Part shown: positions 52,750 through 63,317 of the stretch, one piece after another
Layout: each line of letters begins with the position of its first letter
Numbering within the stretch: the first letter of the stretch is position 1
Origin: Naegleria gruberi
Lineage: Eukaryota
Assembly: GCA_000004985.1 (NCBI GenBank)
Contig: GG738859.1
Reading direction: 5' to 3' (one strand)
DNA length: 64,000 nucleotides
The notes under the pieces: model-generated
Database searches by the model: none
The model's input: only the letters and a program-made list of their open reading frames with translations
What the model was told of the DNA's origin: nothing
Translations under genes and position numbers: made by a program

Positions 52750-54229
52750 ATGTCTTGTATTTTTGTATTTCTCGGGCAAGCTGGAAATCAAGTCGGGAAC
52801 GAGTTTATTAAATTGCTGAATGGAGAGTGAGTATTAACAAGAATTGATGATAGAGTCGTGATGATGATATTAATTATTATTCCATGATACTTGATGTATA
52901 ATATAATTGTATTATTCAATAGAAAGATATCTAAAAAGTCTAAGGGATTTTTTGATACCTATTTCAATACAACCTATTCAAAGGCAAGGGTAGTAATGGT
53001 TGATGCCGAGCCAAAGGTTATTAAATCAATTTTAGATGAAGAAAAGAAATCAAAATTATCAATTTATAATCCAAAGAATGTTGTATACTCGGAGGTAAGT
53101 AAATTCTTAATGGTGATGATGATAATAATTCTAAAACAATTAGAGTGGATGTGGTAATAATTGGGCTCTTGGATATAATTTTAAAGGAAAAGTTAAGAAT
53201 TTGACTAGTAATATTGCTCTCTCTGAAACAGAATCGCTATTGGAGGAAACAATGGAAAGAATTAGAAGAGAAATTGAGTGTTGTGACATTGTGCAGTCAA
53301 TATTCGTGTTTCACTCTATGGGTGGAGGTACTGGTAGTGGTTTTGGATCCAGAGTTGTTGAGGAAATAAGGAACAAGTATCCGAATTATTACGTTTTTAC
53401 AGTTTCAATTGCTCCATTTCAACATGGAGACACACCACTCCAACACTACAATTGCCTGCTCACTTTGAATCATATCCATGAACATTCTGATGGTGTTTTC
53501 CTGTTTGTGAATGATGATATTCTGAGGTCAATTACTAAAAATGCAAAAAGAAATAATGCTGGTCACTCAACTTTATTGGATGTGAGCTATTCAGTTTCAG
53601 ATATTAATAAGTACATCTCGTCATGCCTATGTGGAATGCTTCTTCCTATATATAATAAGGACTCCAAATCACATACTCCCTTCGATGCTTTCTCACTTGT
53701 GAATCAGGTTATTCCCCTTAAGGATACTAATTTTGTGGAATTACATACCAGTGCTCTCATCACCCATAATGCAGCACAATTTACATCATGGCAATATATT
53801 GCTGAAGATTTGACTAAACATGTCCCAATTTATGATATTGGACATGCAAATATTAGAACAATATTCTCAAAGACATTTATAAGAGGTGGCTTACAAACAT
53901 CACACGATCTGAATATTGTCAAATCAGTACTTCAAAAGCAAGCATTCTCTCCTGTGGATTGGATGTACGATAGAAAGGAGGAATTCAACAATGTAGTTTC
54001 CAGTGAGGAAGCCCTCAAAAGTTACAAACTTCCATACTCTCTAACTGTTTGTGCCAATAGAACAAGTTTCATGGAGCTTTTCAACAGGGTTTTGACCAAG
54101 TCATACACCATGTTACAATCCGGAGCATACATTAATTGGTATGAAAGACATGGATTGGAAAGGGAAGATTTTGATAATGCCATTTGCAATTTACAAAGTG
54201 TTGTTGATCACTATGTAGAATTGATGTAG
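52750..54229 (+). CDS. TUBD1: Delta-tubulin (centriolar tubulin), 444 aa; join(52750..52826,52923..53094,53144..54229); introns 96 and 49 nt
   Basis: Exon 1 MSCIFVFLGQAGNQVGNEF (tubulin N-terminal GQCGNQ motif). Exon 2 VVMVDAEPKVIKSIL. Exon 3 has SGCGNNWALGY and the tubulin signature SMGGGTGSGFGS. The C-terminus AYINWYERHGLEREDFDNAICNLQSVVDHYVEL matches TUBD1 [33 protein letters not shown]. Confidence 0.8.
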
Positions 54230-54705
54230 TGTAGATTGATCCTTTTGAGAATCAAATTAATTCAGCGATGAGGAAGTGGATCAATACTGAAAAGAATTAA
54301 TTCATTTAGATGGAAATAATAATTTAATACTTTACAAAATATGATTTGAATTCGGAATGAAGAATCAACGTTGAAATCCTCACACAATGTTACTGCTTGC
54401 TCTCAAGTTAGCTGAAATACAAGCAAAACAGACATACAGCATTAATGTCATGCATTATTTTTGAATTACTTCCAAAAATCCTCATTTGCAAATTTCAAAT
54501 CAATTCAAATACCAAATAAATCAAGTTTCGATTTTGAAATAAGGACAAGATTACTAGAATTTACAGTGACGTTGTAAATCAGCTCTTTCTGAATAGGGTA
54601 AATAGCCTCCAAGAGGTAAATTAATGATTGATGATTCCACAACGCATTGACAATATTTAATGATAAAGTTGCTACTCAATTCTCAAAAAGAAACAAGCAA
54701 AAAAC

Positions 54706-56079
54706 ATGAGTGACGATACATTGAGATTTGTAGACGAAACCAAACAAACTCAAGACACCTACTCCTACCTCAAGCCAATCGGTATTCGAAAGCTAAGAAA
54801 ACAAATCAACACTAAAGAATTCAAAAAGAATTACTTTGTCATTGACACTAGAAAGGAACAACCACTCGTTGTCCACTACGATCCAAACCATGTAAAAACT
54901 CCTCAATCTGCAGGTGGTAACTCCACTTCAGGAAGTAGTAGTTCAACTTCATCTGCTCCATTCATGAATAGCAATAATCAATCCCATCATGATAATCAGA
55001 CATTTCCTTCTTCATCACACCCTCCAAACAAATCATTAAGCTATCAACAATCAGGTAAACGTGTACAATTTTCTCAGAGAAATTCAATTTCACAACCCTA
55101 TCCAGCAACTCATCAACAATTTATGATGATGAATGGTGCTGAGAGTGATAGTTTGGTAGGTAATAATGGACAATCTGGTTCATTGTCTCAATTGATGGGT
55201 CAACCATGTGCAAGTAGAGAAATGAATCATCTCAATTCGAGAAGAACTTTATCAATGCCTGAGTTTTTGGCCCATTATTCACCTCCAACTGAGCTTGAAA
55301 ATTGTGATGAGACGAGTGGTCAATTGTTTGATGATCATCCACAAAATGAATCTCATCCATTAGATCAAGACTATTTGATGCAAACTGGTGGTAATAATGA
55401 GAATTCCATATCACCCATCTATAGAAAATCATCCATTGATTGCCAATTTACTCCAATTGACCAACAAATGATGGATGGTTATGCTCCATTCCTAACTCCT
55501 CACTCGATGAGTCCAGAAGATGAACAGCAAATTATTCAGCAGAATAATCAAACTGAAATTCATTCCCACCAACAATCCATTCAACATCATCAATTATTGA
55601 ACAAACACTTTTCCATGAATGATATTGGAAAGTTGACGATTCTCAATGGATTAGTCGAAAGTGGTCTATGCTACAATAACGATACTGTCAATATTCTAGA
55701 GACATTACAAATGGCCTGTAATGCTCATCATCAACAATCCCTAATGCTCAATATGCAATGTCAGCAAGATCAAATTCCACACCAAGAAGCAATGGATGAA
55801 CAACATGACGATTCCATGCAACAAGAAGAAGAAGAATCAGATTGTGATAGTAGTTCAGTTGCCAATACAGCTATCAGAAATAATAATTCATTTAATGATG
55901 GCAATATATCCTCAGAGCAACTGCATCATGATGAGATGAGCTCTCAAGAGAAATGCAACGTTTCTGAGAATAATCAACCACAAGAGGCTTCTTTAGAGGA
56001 ATATTCAGATTTACTGATTAATGATAATGAATTATTCGAGAATAACATCTTCTCTGATGAATATCTGTATGAAGAATAA
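54706..56079 (+). CDS. Low-complexity Q/N/S/H-rich nuclear-type protein, unknown (possible transcriptional regulator)
   Basis: 457-aa ORF dominated by polar low-complexity runs with an acidic C-terminus. No recognisable domain. Confidence 0.3.
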   Translation: MSDDTLRFVDETKQTQDTYSYLKPIGIRKLRKQINTKEFKKNYFVIDTRKEQPLVVHYDPNHVKTPQSAGGNSTSGSSSSTSSAPFMNSNNQSHHDNQTFPSSSHPPNKSLSYQQSGKRVQFSQRNSISQPYPATHQQFMMMNGAESDSLVGNNGQSGSLSQLMGQPCASREMNHLNSRRTLSMPEFLAHYSPPTELENCDETSGQLFDDHPQNESHPLDQDYLMQTGGNNENSISPIYRKSSIDCQFTPIDQQMMDGYAPFLTPHSMSPEDEQQIIQQNNQTEIHSHQQSIQHHQLLNKHFSMNDIGKLTILNGLVESGLCYNNDTVNILETLQMACNAHHQQSLMLNMQCQQDQIPHQEAMDEQHDDSMQQEEEESDCDSSSVANTAIRNNNSFNDGNISSEQLHHDEMSSQEKCNVSENNQPQEASLEEYSDLLINDNELFENNIFSDEYLYEE

Positions 56080-56112
56080 ACATCTTTTACACACTTTCTG
56101 ATATTCGAAAGT

Positions 56113-56361
56113 TTATGGCAAACCAGGCCAATTGTCAACATACTGAATCTTAAAATCTGGCCAATTATCAACAATTTGAATCTTGAAATCAGGGAAACTT
56201 GTTACAATTTGCCACTTTCCAGGTTTATCAGGCCAGTTGGAAACTTTTTAAACCTTAAGATCAGGCCAATTATTAACAACTTGAACTTTGTAATCTGGGA
56301 AGCTATCGACGATTTGAATCTTTCCATAGATTTTAGCAATTTTATCTTTAGCAATGGTCAT
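56113..56361 (-). other. Small repeat-protein gene (or pseudogene) encoding tandem 11-aa repeats, consensus Q-[IV]-V-[DNT]-[NS]-[FW]-P-D-[FYL]-K-[VI]; reading frame interrupted once (+1 shift near 56215-56250)
   Basis: Minus-strand translation from ATG at 56359-56361 gives MTIAKDKIAKIYGKIQIVDSFPDYKVQVVNNWPDLKV*. The +1 frame then continues (V)SNWPDKPGKWQIVTSFPDFKIQIVDNWPDFKIQYVDNWPGLP* to the stop at 56113-56115. The underlying DNA is a 33-nt tandem repeat. Confidence 0.4.
56122..56330. repeat. Tandem array of ~6 degenerate 33-nt units (e.g. caggccaattatcaacaatttgaatcttgaaat), coding on the minus strand
   Basis: Direct visual periodicity of ggccaatt / ggccagtt / gggaaact motifs every 32-38 nt. 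Confidence 0.7.
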
Positions 56362-56724
56362 TTTGTTTAATTGATTGTTTTTTTTGTTTGAGATCAAGTT
56401 TCTTGGTGGTTATTCAGAGATTTATTGGAATATTTTGAGGTGTTTCATGGATTGTTATCTTCCTCAGGACCATAAATGTTAGTTCTGACAAGTTGTGTGG
56501 GCTTTTAGAACACGAGTCCTTGATTTCATCGTAGTTGAATAGCAGCTTATTTCACATACGGTACAAAAATTCAAAGTCTAGCTTGAGAATGCAAGCTTCT
56601 TTGGTTATCGGAAACCTTTCGGTTAACTATAGATCAATAAAATCAGGCAAAATATTTGCGTATGTATTAGATTAATAATTTATGTTGTGAATAGTTATAT
56701 TTACAAATTTAAATGCAAAATGTC

Positions 56725-57936
56725 CTATTTTGCATACTCTTCTCTCAGTGTACCCATCATCATGTCTATTATTCTATTGGAAATACCATAGTTCACATAG
56801 TCACCTCCCTCTTCAAAGTGATGAATAAAGTGATGTGATTTGAGTGTCTTCCAGTAATCTGAATTGACATAGTAAGAAATTGGATTCAAGAGTGATGATT
56901 TCATATTAGTTTGATGGTGCAACCAATAATGATGCATATCATAAAAGAGGTAACCAGTAAATGCACCAGCAATTAATAAATTGCTATAGGAAGGCAGTAT
57001 AAACTTGACAAGTAAATAGACAGGTGCAGATAGAACACACATCAATGTTGGAGGAACGACCAATCTGTCCTTATCCATTGGAACCTTATGATGGAAACCA
57101 TGAAGTAAGAAGTGAGCAATGTTTGTCAAGTAGTAACCCATTTTGCCTAGTGAATCCCAGTGGAATAAGAATTTGTGAAAGAGAATTTCAATACCAAACC
57201 AAGCTAAAAATCCAGTGACATATCCCAGAAACATGATAGAGAGTTGTGAATTGTGTATTTGTGAGGAAATATAGAGATTGTAGATAATGAATGGGATCCA
57301 AATGAGGGGTACCACATACCATGGAGTAAGAGACAATGGTTCTAATAGCCCACTTTGAAATAATGGAACTGGTTCTTTAAAGTAAACAGGAGATGTGTTG
57401 TGAACCCAGTGGAAATAATCCTTTCCCATCAAACCTACTTGATGACACAGTGGTTGTTGATAATTGGCAGGATCATTGGCGTCTTGAGTCAGTGTGGTAG
57501 CTGTTTCAGAGCTTAATGTTGATTTATAATTAGGTAAATAATCACTGGCCTTTCCAACAAGATACTGATTGAGCATTGAGAAGGCATTCTTTGAGTGTTT
57601 GTGAATTGAAACATCACTCATTACTTGAGTAACATCCTGTCCAAGGTAATCCTCAATTATATCAAAGCCACCTGGATGAACATCAACAAACTCTGTCATA
57701 TCATAAATATGATCGTTTACAATAAGCCACTTTGCAGGTAATCTCTTTTCTTCGGAGGCAGCAGTTGAGGTTGAAGCGTTTGACTTGAGCAAGTTTGAGT
57801 TGGAGGTGTTGGTGCCAGGACGTTGCCCACCACTTGCAATTGTTGTTGTTGATGAGGAGGAGGAGGTACTCAATACAGGTTGATGTACACCAAAGGCAAT
57901 AGCAGTTGCATTGCTATGAGCATTCACGCTTATCAT
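56725..57936 (-). CDS. FA2H: Fatty acid 2-hydroxylase (N-terminal cytochrome b5 domain + sterol-desaturase-type di-iron hydroxylase)
   Basis: Cyt-b5 HPGG motif (FVDVHPGGFDII). Four TM helices with His boxes HGFHHK, HHYWLHH and HFIHHF. Colinear with FA2H/SCS7. Confidence 0.85.
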   Translation of the reverse strand: MISVNAHSNATAIAFGVHQPVLSTSSSSSTTTIASGGQRPGTNTSNSNLLKSNASTSTAASEEKRLPAKWLIVNDHIYDMTEFVDVHPGGFDIIEDYLGQDVTQVMSDVSIHKHSKNAFSMLNQYLVGKASDYLPNYKSTLSSETATTLTQDANDPANYQQPLCHQVGLMGKDYFHWVHNTSPVYFKEPVPLFQSGLLEPLSLTPWYVVPLIWIPFIIYNLYISSQIHNSQLSIMFLGYVTGFLAWFGIEILFHKFLFHWDSLGKMGYYLTNIAHFLLHGFHHKVPMDKDRLVVPPTLMCVLSAPVYLLVKFILPSYSNLLIAGAFTGYLFYDMHHYWLHHQTNMKSSLLNPISYYVNSDYWKTLKSHHFIHHFEEGGDYVNYGISNRIIDMMMGTLREEYAK

Positions 57937-58828
57937 ATTTGTCTATTGTGATAGATTATGGTTAGTAATGTGACGTGGTATTGAGAGTGTTTTTTTTAAT
58001 AATTGAGAAAACTAAATAGATTAATGCTCCCACAACGGAATGAAATCGAAATGATTTAAATCTGTAACAACATCATGTTGGATGTTATTAATTGGTTGCT
58101 GAGGTGTTTTGTTGGAGAACGTTCTTTCTTCTCACATGTGTCGGCAATGTGTGCTAGGGGGAGGTGATATCGTAGCACTTTAAATTCCTCCACCATTGGC
58201 GCTATATTGGGTGGATTTTTATATGGCTGTTTGTTTGGTTGGTTATTTGATAGAGTGAGAGGATACTAGTATCTGAATTTCATTGCACCAAATATGAAAC
58301 TCAACCATTCTCTGATTGATTGTAAAGTGAAATTCTCTAGTTGAAATGGATAAGGAAGAAGAAATGGATCTTTATGAGAAACAACTTCTAATAATCAAAT
58401 CACCATTGTATTAACCTATTCCTTTGAATTACGGAAATCAAAACATTGAATTGAATGGCTGAGTAAGGAATTGCAACGGATATTTGTTAATTAAAATGAG
58501 CGCTGTGGTTTTACTTCGCCCGCTCAATGATCGGAATTTGCGTGCTTAATACTCAAGCGCCTCGGAAATTCTGATGAAAATCTGTCACTTCAATTATATG
58601 ATTGTCCTTTCATGATTCTAATAAAGTCTTAAACTTTCTAATTGAATTTAAGTGATTGTCAACAAATGAGTAACGGTACAATTTTCAAATTTAAAAAATT
58701 AAATAGCAATAATATTTCTCAATATTTTCTAATGGATTAGTTTGGAAATACAAATGCAATCCAATTTTTATTAATGAAAGCACAAACCATTTATTTCCTA
58801 AACAATTTGAAAATAAAATATAAAAAAA

Positions 58829-59974
58829 ATGCCACCAAAAAAGAAGACAACACCATCATCTGATCCCTATGATGATCCTCTCTTCCTTCAGGTTATTGCC
58901 GATGTTGAGAGGAAGAGAAAGCGTATGATGGCAAGAATGAAGGGTGATGACGATGATGATGGAGATGTGTTTCGTATTACTCGTGTTGTGACGGAAAATC
59001 CTGATGGAACAAGAAGTGCAAGAAATGTTTTTTACGACCCGAATGATGAATATGCTGATGATGATGATGATGACGATGATGAAATAAGCATTCCCTCATC
59101 GAGAAGTTCTTCATCTAGGAAATCATCTTCAAAATCTTCTACTAGCAGAGCAGCAACAACCTCTTCTAGCAGTAGAGCATCCACTGCATCATCAAGTAGT
59201 AATTTAAGTAGTGCACTTAGTGCAATTATGGGAGGTTCTACTTCTCGTTCTAACTCTAATGCACCTGCTGTTGTGCCTCCTGAAGATGTTGGAATTTATA
59301 CAGAATATGGTTATCAATCAACTAGAGAAGCACTTGATGAACAAATAACGTCAACTAGAGCCTACAGAGCTCTCTATCAAGTTAAAGCAGTTATTACTTC
59401 TCCAACTACGAAAAATGTTGTGTATAGAGAATTTGTCATCTCTGCCACAATTTTATTCAAGAATCTCAACGAGTTGCTTTGTCTTTTGTTTGGTTGGTCA
59501 ACTGTTGAAAATTATCATTTTACATATGAAAAGGATGGAGAAACAAAGCAAATCTTGAAAAGAGCTGGTAAAAATAGTCAAGGTGTAAGCAGTACAAAAT
59601 TCTGCCAAGTTTGTCCATATCCAGGAGATTCCTGTGTTTGGTATCCAAATGCTACCACCCAAGTTAGCCTAACTGTCGATGTTATTAATTTAGATGGACA
59701 AGTGGAATCCGTTCCAAGATGTGTTGGATTAAATGGTAAAATTGATTTGGACACTGGTAAACAAGGTACCCTTAATGAAACTGAAACCAATATTGATAGA
59801 GTAAATTCAAAGCTCAAAGGAAAGAGATTTGCAGCCAATTCAGCTAGTAATAACACCAAGAAGAAGGGCATAAAAATGTTAGTCCCTAGAGACACTACCC
59901 AGTCAGAAATTAATCAAATAGCCAATAATGTTTATAGATCTAAATTATTTACACCTGACAGAACTAAATTCTAA
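58829..59974 (+). CDS. Acidic/Ser-rich protein with conserved Cys-containing C-terminal domain, unknown function
   Basis: MPPKKK start, poly-Asp runs, Ser-rich linker, then a ~200-aa globular region (CQVCPYPGDSCVWYP...). No family recognised. Confidence 0.3.
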   Translation: MPPKKKTTPSSDPYDDPLFLQVIADVERKRKRMMARMKGDDDDDGDVFRITRVVTENPDGTRSARNVFYDPNDEYADDDDDDDDEISIPSSRSSSSRKSSSKSSTSRAATTSSSSRASTASSSSNLSSALSAIMGGSTSRSNSNAPAVVPPEDVGIYTEYGYQSTREALDEQITSTRAYRALYQVKAVITSPTTKNVVYREFVISATILFKNLNELLCLLFGWSTVENYHFTYEKDGETKQILKRAGKNSQGVSSTKFCQVCPYPGDSCVWYPNATTQVSLTVDVINLDGQVESVPRCVGLNGKIDLDTGKQGTLNETETNIDRVNSKLKGKRFAANSASNNTKKKGIKMLVPRDTTQSEINQIANNVYRSKLFTPDRTKF

Positions 59975-60103
59975 GCAAACACTTAATATTATTGATTCTG
60001 CTTTTTAATATACTGCCTCTTCAATAAATATTATTAACACTAACTAAAATTTAAATATTATTAAATTCTCATTGTAAAATTAAATTACAAATTTCAAAAA
60101 AAA

Positions 60104-61372
60104 ATGTCTACAGCACAGAGTTGTAATTTTTCATACAAAATTCCCTATTTTGAAACACCAAGTGAAGGATCAACACACTTTAATGTTGGTCTCTGCATTG
60201 GAAAACAATTTAAAGATCAAATCAATGAATATTTGACACGATCCGATCTTCCCTTCCAATCAATTTATTTACCCTATGTATTATCAAAGAAAGATGATCA
60301 AGATGAGTCAAGAAGAATTGAAAAAGAGGCACAATCAACATCTTCCGAAGGTGATCATTATGCACTGTTGAGACCTTGGATTCAACTTGTTGATGAGCAC
60401 TTTCCGAAATATGTTCAGGAAATTCGTGGATTAGCTGCAGGTTCAGAGCAACCATTCGAGTGGCTCTTCATGTTGAACATGTTGAATGAATTGAGGGGTA
60501 AAATATTGCACGATGAAAGATTGAAGGATAAAAAGACGACAAAAGTTGGAGGATGCTCTGAAGTGTTTGTCTGTTGTAAAACCAGTGAAATGGAAAGGGC
60601 ATTGATGGCTCACAATGAAGATGCTGATAAGAGTATGGGCGAATATTCATATATTGTGAAGAGTAATTATTTGGAGGAGAATGGATCTGTTGTTAGGAGT
60701 ATGGTTGCCTATCATTATCCTGGAACAATTGGAGGAAATACTTTTGGATGGAATGAATATTTGGTTTTTGGAACGAATGGAAAATCACCAAAGAAAACCC
60801 TCACAGAATCTTGTGGAATACCAAGATGTTTCATTAATAGATATGTGTACGAATCAAAGAGTATTGAGGAGGTTCACACAAGGTTGGAAGAATATGCCCT
60901 TCTTAGTTCATCAGGATTTTCCACCAATGTTTCAACTCGATTTATTGTTAAGGATGACGTGAATGATTTTTATCAAATGGCTAATATTGAGTTGGCTCCT
61001 TCTCTTGATGGTAAAGAAAAGCAAGTTTCTAAATATTCTATTCCAATTAAGAGAAATAATTCAGATCAACCTCACTATGTACATGTCAATCATTATTTGC
61101 ACTTGATGAATATTCCAGAGGAGGAAGTCCCAAGCTCCAGGCACAGATATGCAAGAGCAATGTGTCATTCCAATATAATATCAGAGAATGAAATTATTCA
61201 ATTGTTGGGAGATACAGAGGACAAGGAATATCCAATCTTTAGAACAAGCAATCACCCAGATAAGGGAAAGACTTTGGCTACCTTTATTGTCAATATAATT
61301 GAACAAACTGTTAATATCTATGTTGGCAATCCAATTCACACACCTCCACTTTATACAATGACATTGTTTTAA
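60104..61372 (+). CDS. Putative N-terminal-nucleophile (Ntn) hydrolase, peptidase C45 / acyl-CoA:6-APA acyltransferase-like
   Basis: Gly-Cys autoprocessing-like site (KVGGCSEVFVCC), followed by AHNED and the length/pattern typical of AAT/C45 proteins. Tentative. Confidence 0.3.
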   Translation: MSTAQSCNFSYKIPYFETPSEGSTHFNVGLCIGKQFKDQINEYLTRSDLPFQSIYLPYVLSKKDDQDESRRIEKEAQSTSSEGDHYALLRPWIQLVDEHFPKYVQEIRGLAAGSEQPFEWLFMLNMLNELRGKILHDERLKDKKTTKVGGCSEVFVCCKTSEMERALMAHNEDADKSMGEYSYIVKSNYLEENGSVVRSMVAYHYPGTIGGNTFGWNEYLVFGTNGKSPKKTLTESCGIPRCFINRYVYESKSIEEVHTRLEEYALLSSSGFSTNVSTRFIVKDDVNDFYQMANIELAPSLDGKEKQVSKYSIPIKRNNSDQPHYVHVNHYLHLMNIPEEEVPSSRHRYARAMCHSNIISENEIIQLLGDTEDKEYPIFRTSNHPDKGKTLATFIVNIIEQTVNIYVGNPIHTPPLYTMTLF

Positions 61373-61379
61373 TAACATG

Positions 61380-63317
61380 TTAATCAGCTTTATTTTTCAT
61401 TATTTGTCCATTCATTGTTAAACATTTGGCACGTATTGGTGAAATTGTTTTAGAGATGGATTGTTGAGAGAGTTTAGAATTGGAGGTTTGGGAAATTTCC
61501 ATCTTGATTTCCAAACAACCAAGAATTAAGGCATTGTACATGAACGTTTTCTTATCCTTTTGAGAGGTATTTACAAGGTTGGAAAGGAAGAAATCTCTAG
61601 TATTGGCATCACCAAAATACATACAACCACATTCTGAAAGCTTAGTAAGAGTGTTAGTAATCTTGGTAATTTTCATAATCTTCAATCCCCAAGTGTTATC
61701 AATTACGTCCATACTAGAGTTATCGTAACCTTCAGATTTTACACAGACAACATATTCACTCCTTTGAGAATCATAAAAGTTTGTAGCAAGCATATTGAGC
61801 TCCTTTCCATTAGAACCACTGAATCTGCTGAATAATGAAGAACCACTACTACTTGGAACATTTAGAATTTCATCGTAACAATAAAACTGACGATTTCCTC
61901 CATGTACATTAAAGTGAGGGTCTAACAAATCAGTTCCAAGTTGATTGTCCTTACTCTTCTTTTTCTTTGAAATAATAAAGTGGTTCTTTTCCAACATTTG
62001 GAATACTTCATGATGAGTGAATGGAAGATAACTGTGATATTTCCAGATTGAGGTCTTATCTAGTGGGAGATCATGATGAATTTTTCTATTTACATTCTTG
62101 GAGATCATTGAAAATGTGAATGTCCCTCCATTTCTTGACAAGTAATCCTTGTGTACATGGTTTGGAATACACTTGTTGGAATTGATTGCCTCCATATTTG
62201 AAGGAATGGTATATACAATATCCCAATCCGGTGAATCAGCCATTAATGAGTTCATATAGTTCATGTGTTCTTCAGAGAGGAAGAGTGATGATTTCATTTC
62301 AGCAAGAGATTTGAATAATGATTCTCTTTCAGACCTTACTGGTATAGCCAACATGTTGAGAAATTCTGAAACGTTTCTATTCGATAAGAGGAAGATATTA
62401 TCCTTGGATTTTCTTCTATGTGATCTATTTTCAAAGTGGTGGTGATGATTGAAACTGACTCCACTTGTTGAAGTAGCTGTACTGTTAGTATCAGCTGATT
62501 CTTCCTCATCATCTTCATCTGAATTGTGATTGGTAATAGCAAATGAATTTCCTTCCCGTTCTCCATCCAATTTCGAAGTATCTTTGAGTGTTGAATATTC
62601 CGTATCAGTATGTCTTGAACTTAGTGATGATTCGTCTGAAAGTTTAATGTCTAGAATGGCATTAGAATCTGTACTTCCAATAAATGTCGAATCATCTATA
62701 CTCGATTGAGTTGCAGAATATGAATTAGCAGGTGAGTGTGCTGCAGCTCTTCCCAAAATCAAATTATTAAAATGGTCAGAATGAATGCTCAACGTTGTTG
62801 AACTCTCAGTATTTCTAGGAGATGTCAAATAAGAATTACTCTTCTTAATACTCCTCAATCGATTGATAATGTGCAATTTGAAAGCATCAGTTCTAATAAA
62901 CCTTGGAAAGGCATCATGTTTCAAAAAGCATTCAATCTCCCACTTCTTCTCAGCATATAACAAGTTATCATAATAAGATGGATTATGTTTCATTTGCAAA
63001 TACAATGAGAGAAGAGGAATATATCTACCATCACTATCACTTTCCAGAAAGTGTTTAAACAAGGACAATATCGTTTGTTGAGCATAAACTGAGGATGAAT
63101 CATTGGCCTCCATCGTCGATGCACTCAAACAACTCTCCATATCAAATGAGTAGTGTTTGAAAATTGATCGTTCCTCCTTCGTTACCTTCTTTCCAGTATG
63201 ATGAGAAATATTAGCCTCTCCTCCCTGTTGTTGCTGTATCTGATTCATTTTCAGTGAGAGTACTTGTTGGTGATTAATACCATTCACTGATGATGCACTT
63301 GATGCTGTAGAGGTCAT
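61380..63317 (-). CDS. RGS (regulator of G-protein signalling) domain protein with long Ser-rich linker and C-terminal globular domain
   Basis: N-terminal region matches the RGS core (ILSLFKHFLESDSDGRYIPLLSLYLQMK ... KHDAFPRFIRTDAFK, like FLKSEFSEENLEFWLACEEFK ... DSYPRFLKSDLY). Confidence 0.45.
   Translation of the reverse strand: MTSTASSASSVNGINHQQVLSLKMNQIQQQQGGEANISHHTGKKVTKEERSIFKHYSFDMESCLSASTMEANDSSSVYAQQTILSLFKHFLESDSDGRYIPLLSLYLQMKHNPSYYDNLLYAEKKWEIECFLKHDAFPRFIRTDAFKLHIINRLRSIKKSNSYLTSPRNTESSTTLSIHSDHFNNLILGRAAAHSPANSYSATQSSIDDSTFIGSTDSNAILDIKLSDESSLSSRHTDTEYSTLKDTSKLDGEREGNSFAITNHNSDEDDEEESADTNSTATSTSGVSFNHHHHFENRSHRRKSKDNIFLLSNRNVSEFLNMLAIPVRSERESLFKSLAEMKSSLFLSEEHMNYMNSLMADSPDWDIVYTIPSNMEAINSNKCIPNHVHKDYLSRNGGTFTFSMISKNVNRKIHHDLPLDKTSIWKYHSYLPFTHHEVFQMLEKNHFIISKKKKSKDNQLGTDLLDPHFNVHGGNRQFYCYDEILNVPSSSGSSLFSRFSGSNGKELNMLATNFYDSQRSEYVVCVKSEGYDNSSMDVIDNTWGLKIMKITKITNTLTKLSECGCMYFGDANTRDFFLSNLVNTSQKDKKTFMYNALILGCLEIKMEISQTSNSKLSQQSISKTISPIRAKCLTMNGQIMKNKAD

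Noticed and set aside
56122-56330. 33-nt tandem repeat array considered as a CRISPR-like or satellite element
   Set aside because: The units are degenerate and contiguous with no unique spacers, and the context is eukaryotic. The array is read as a coding peptide repeat on the minus strand instead.
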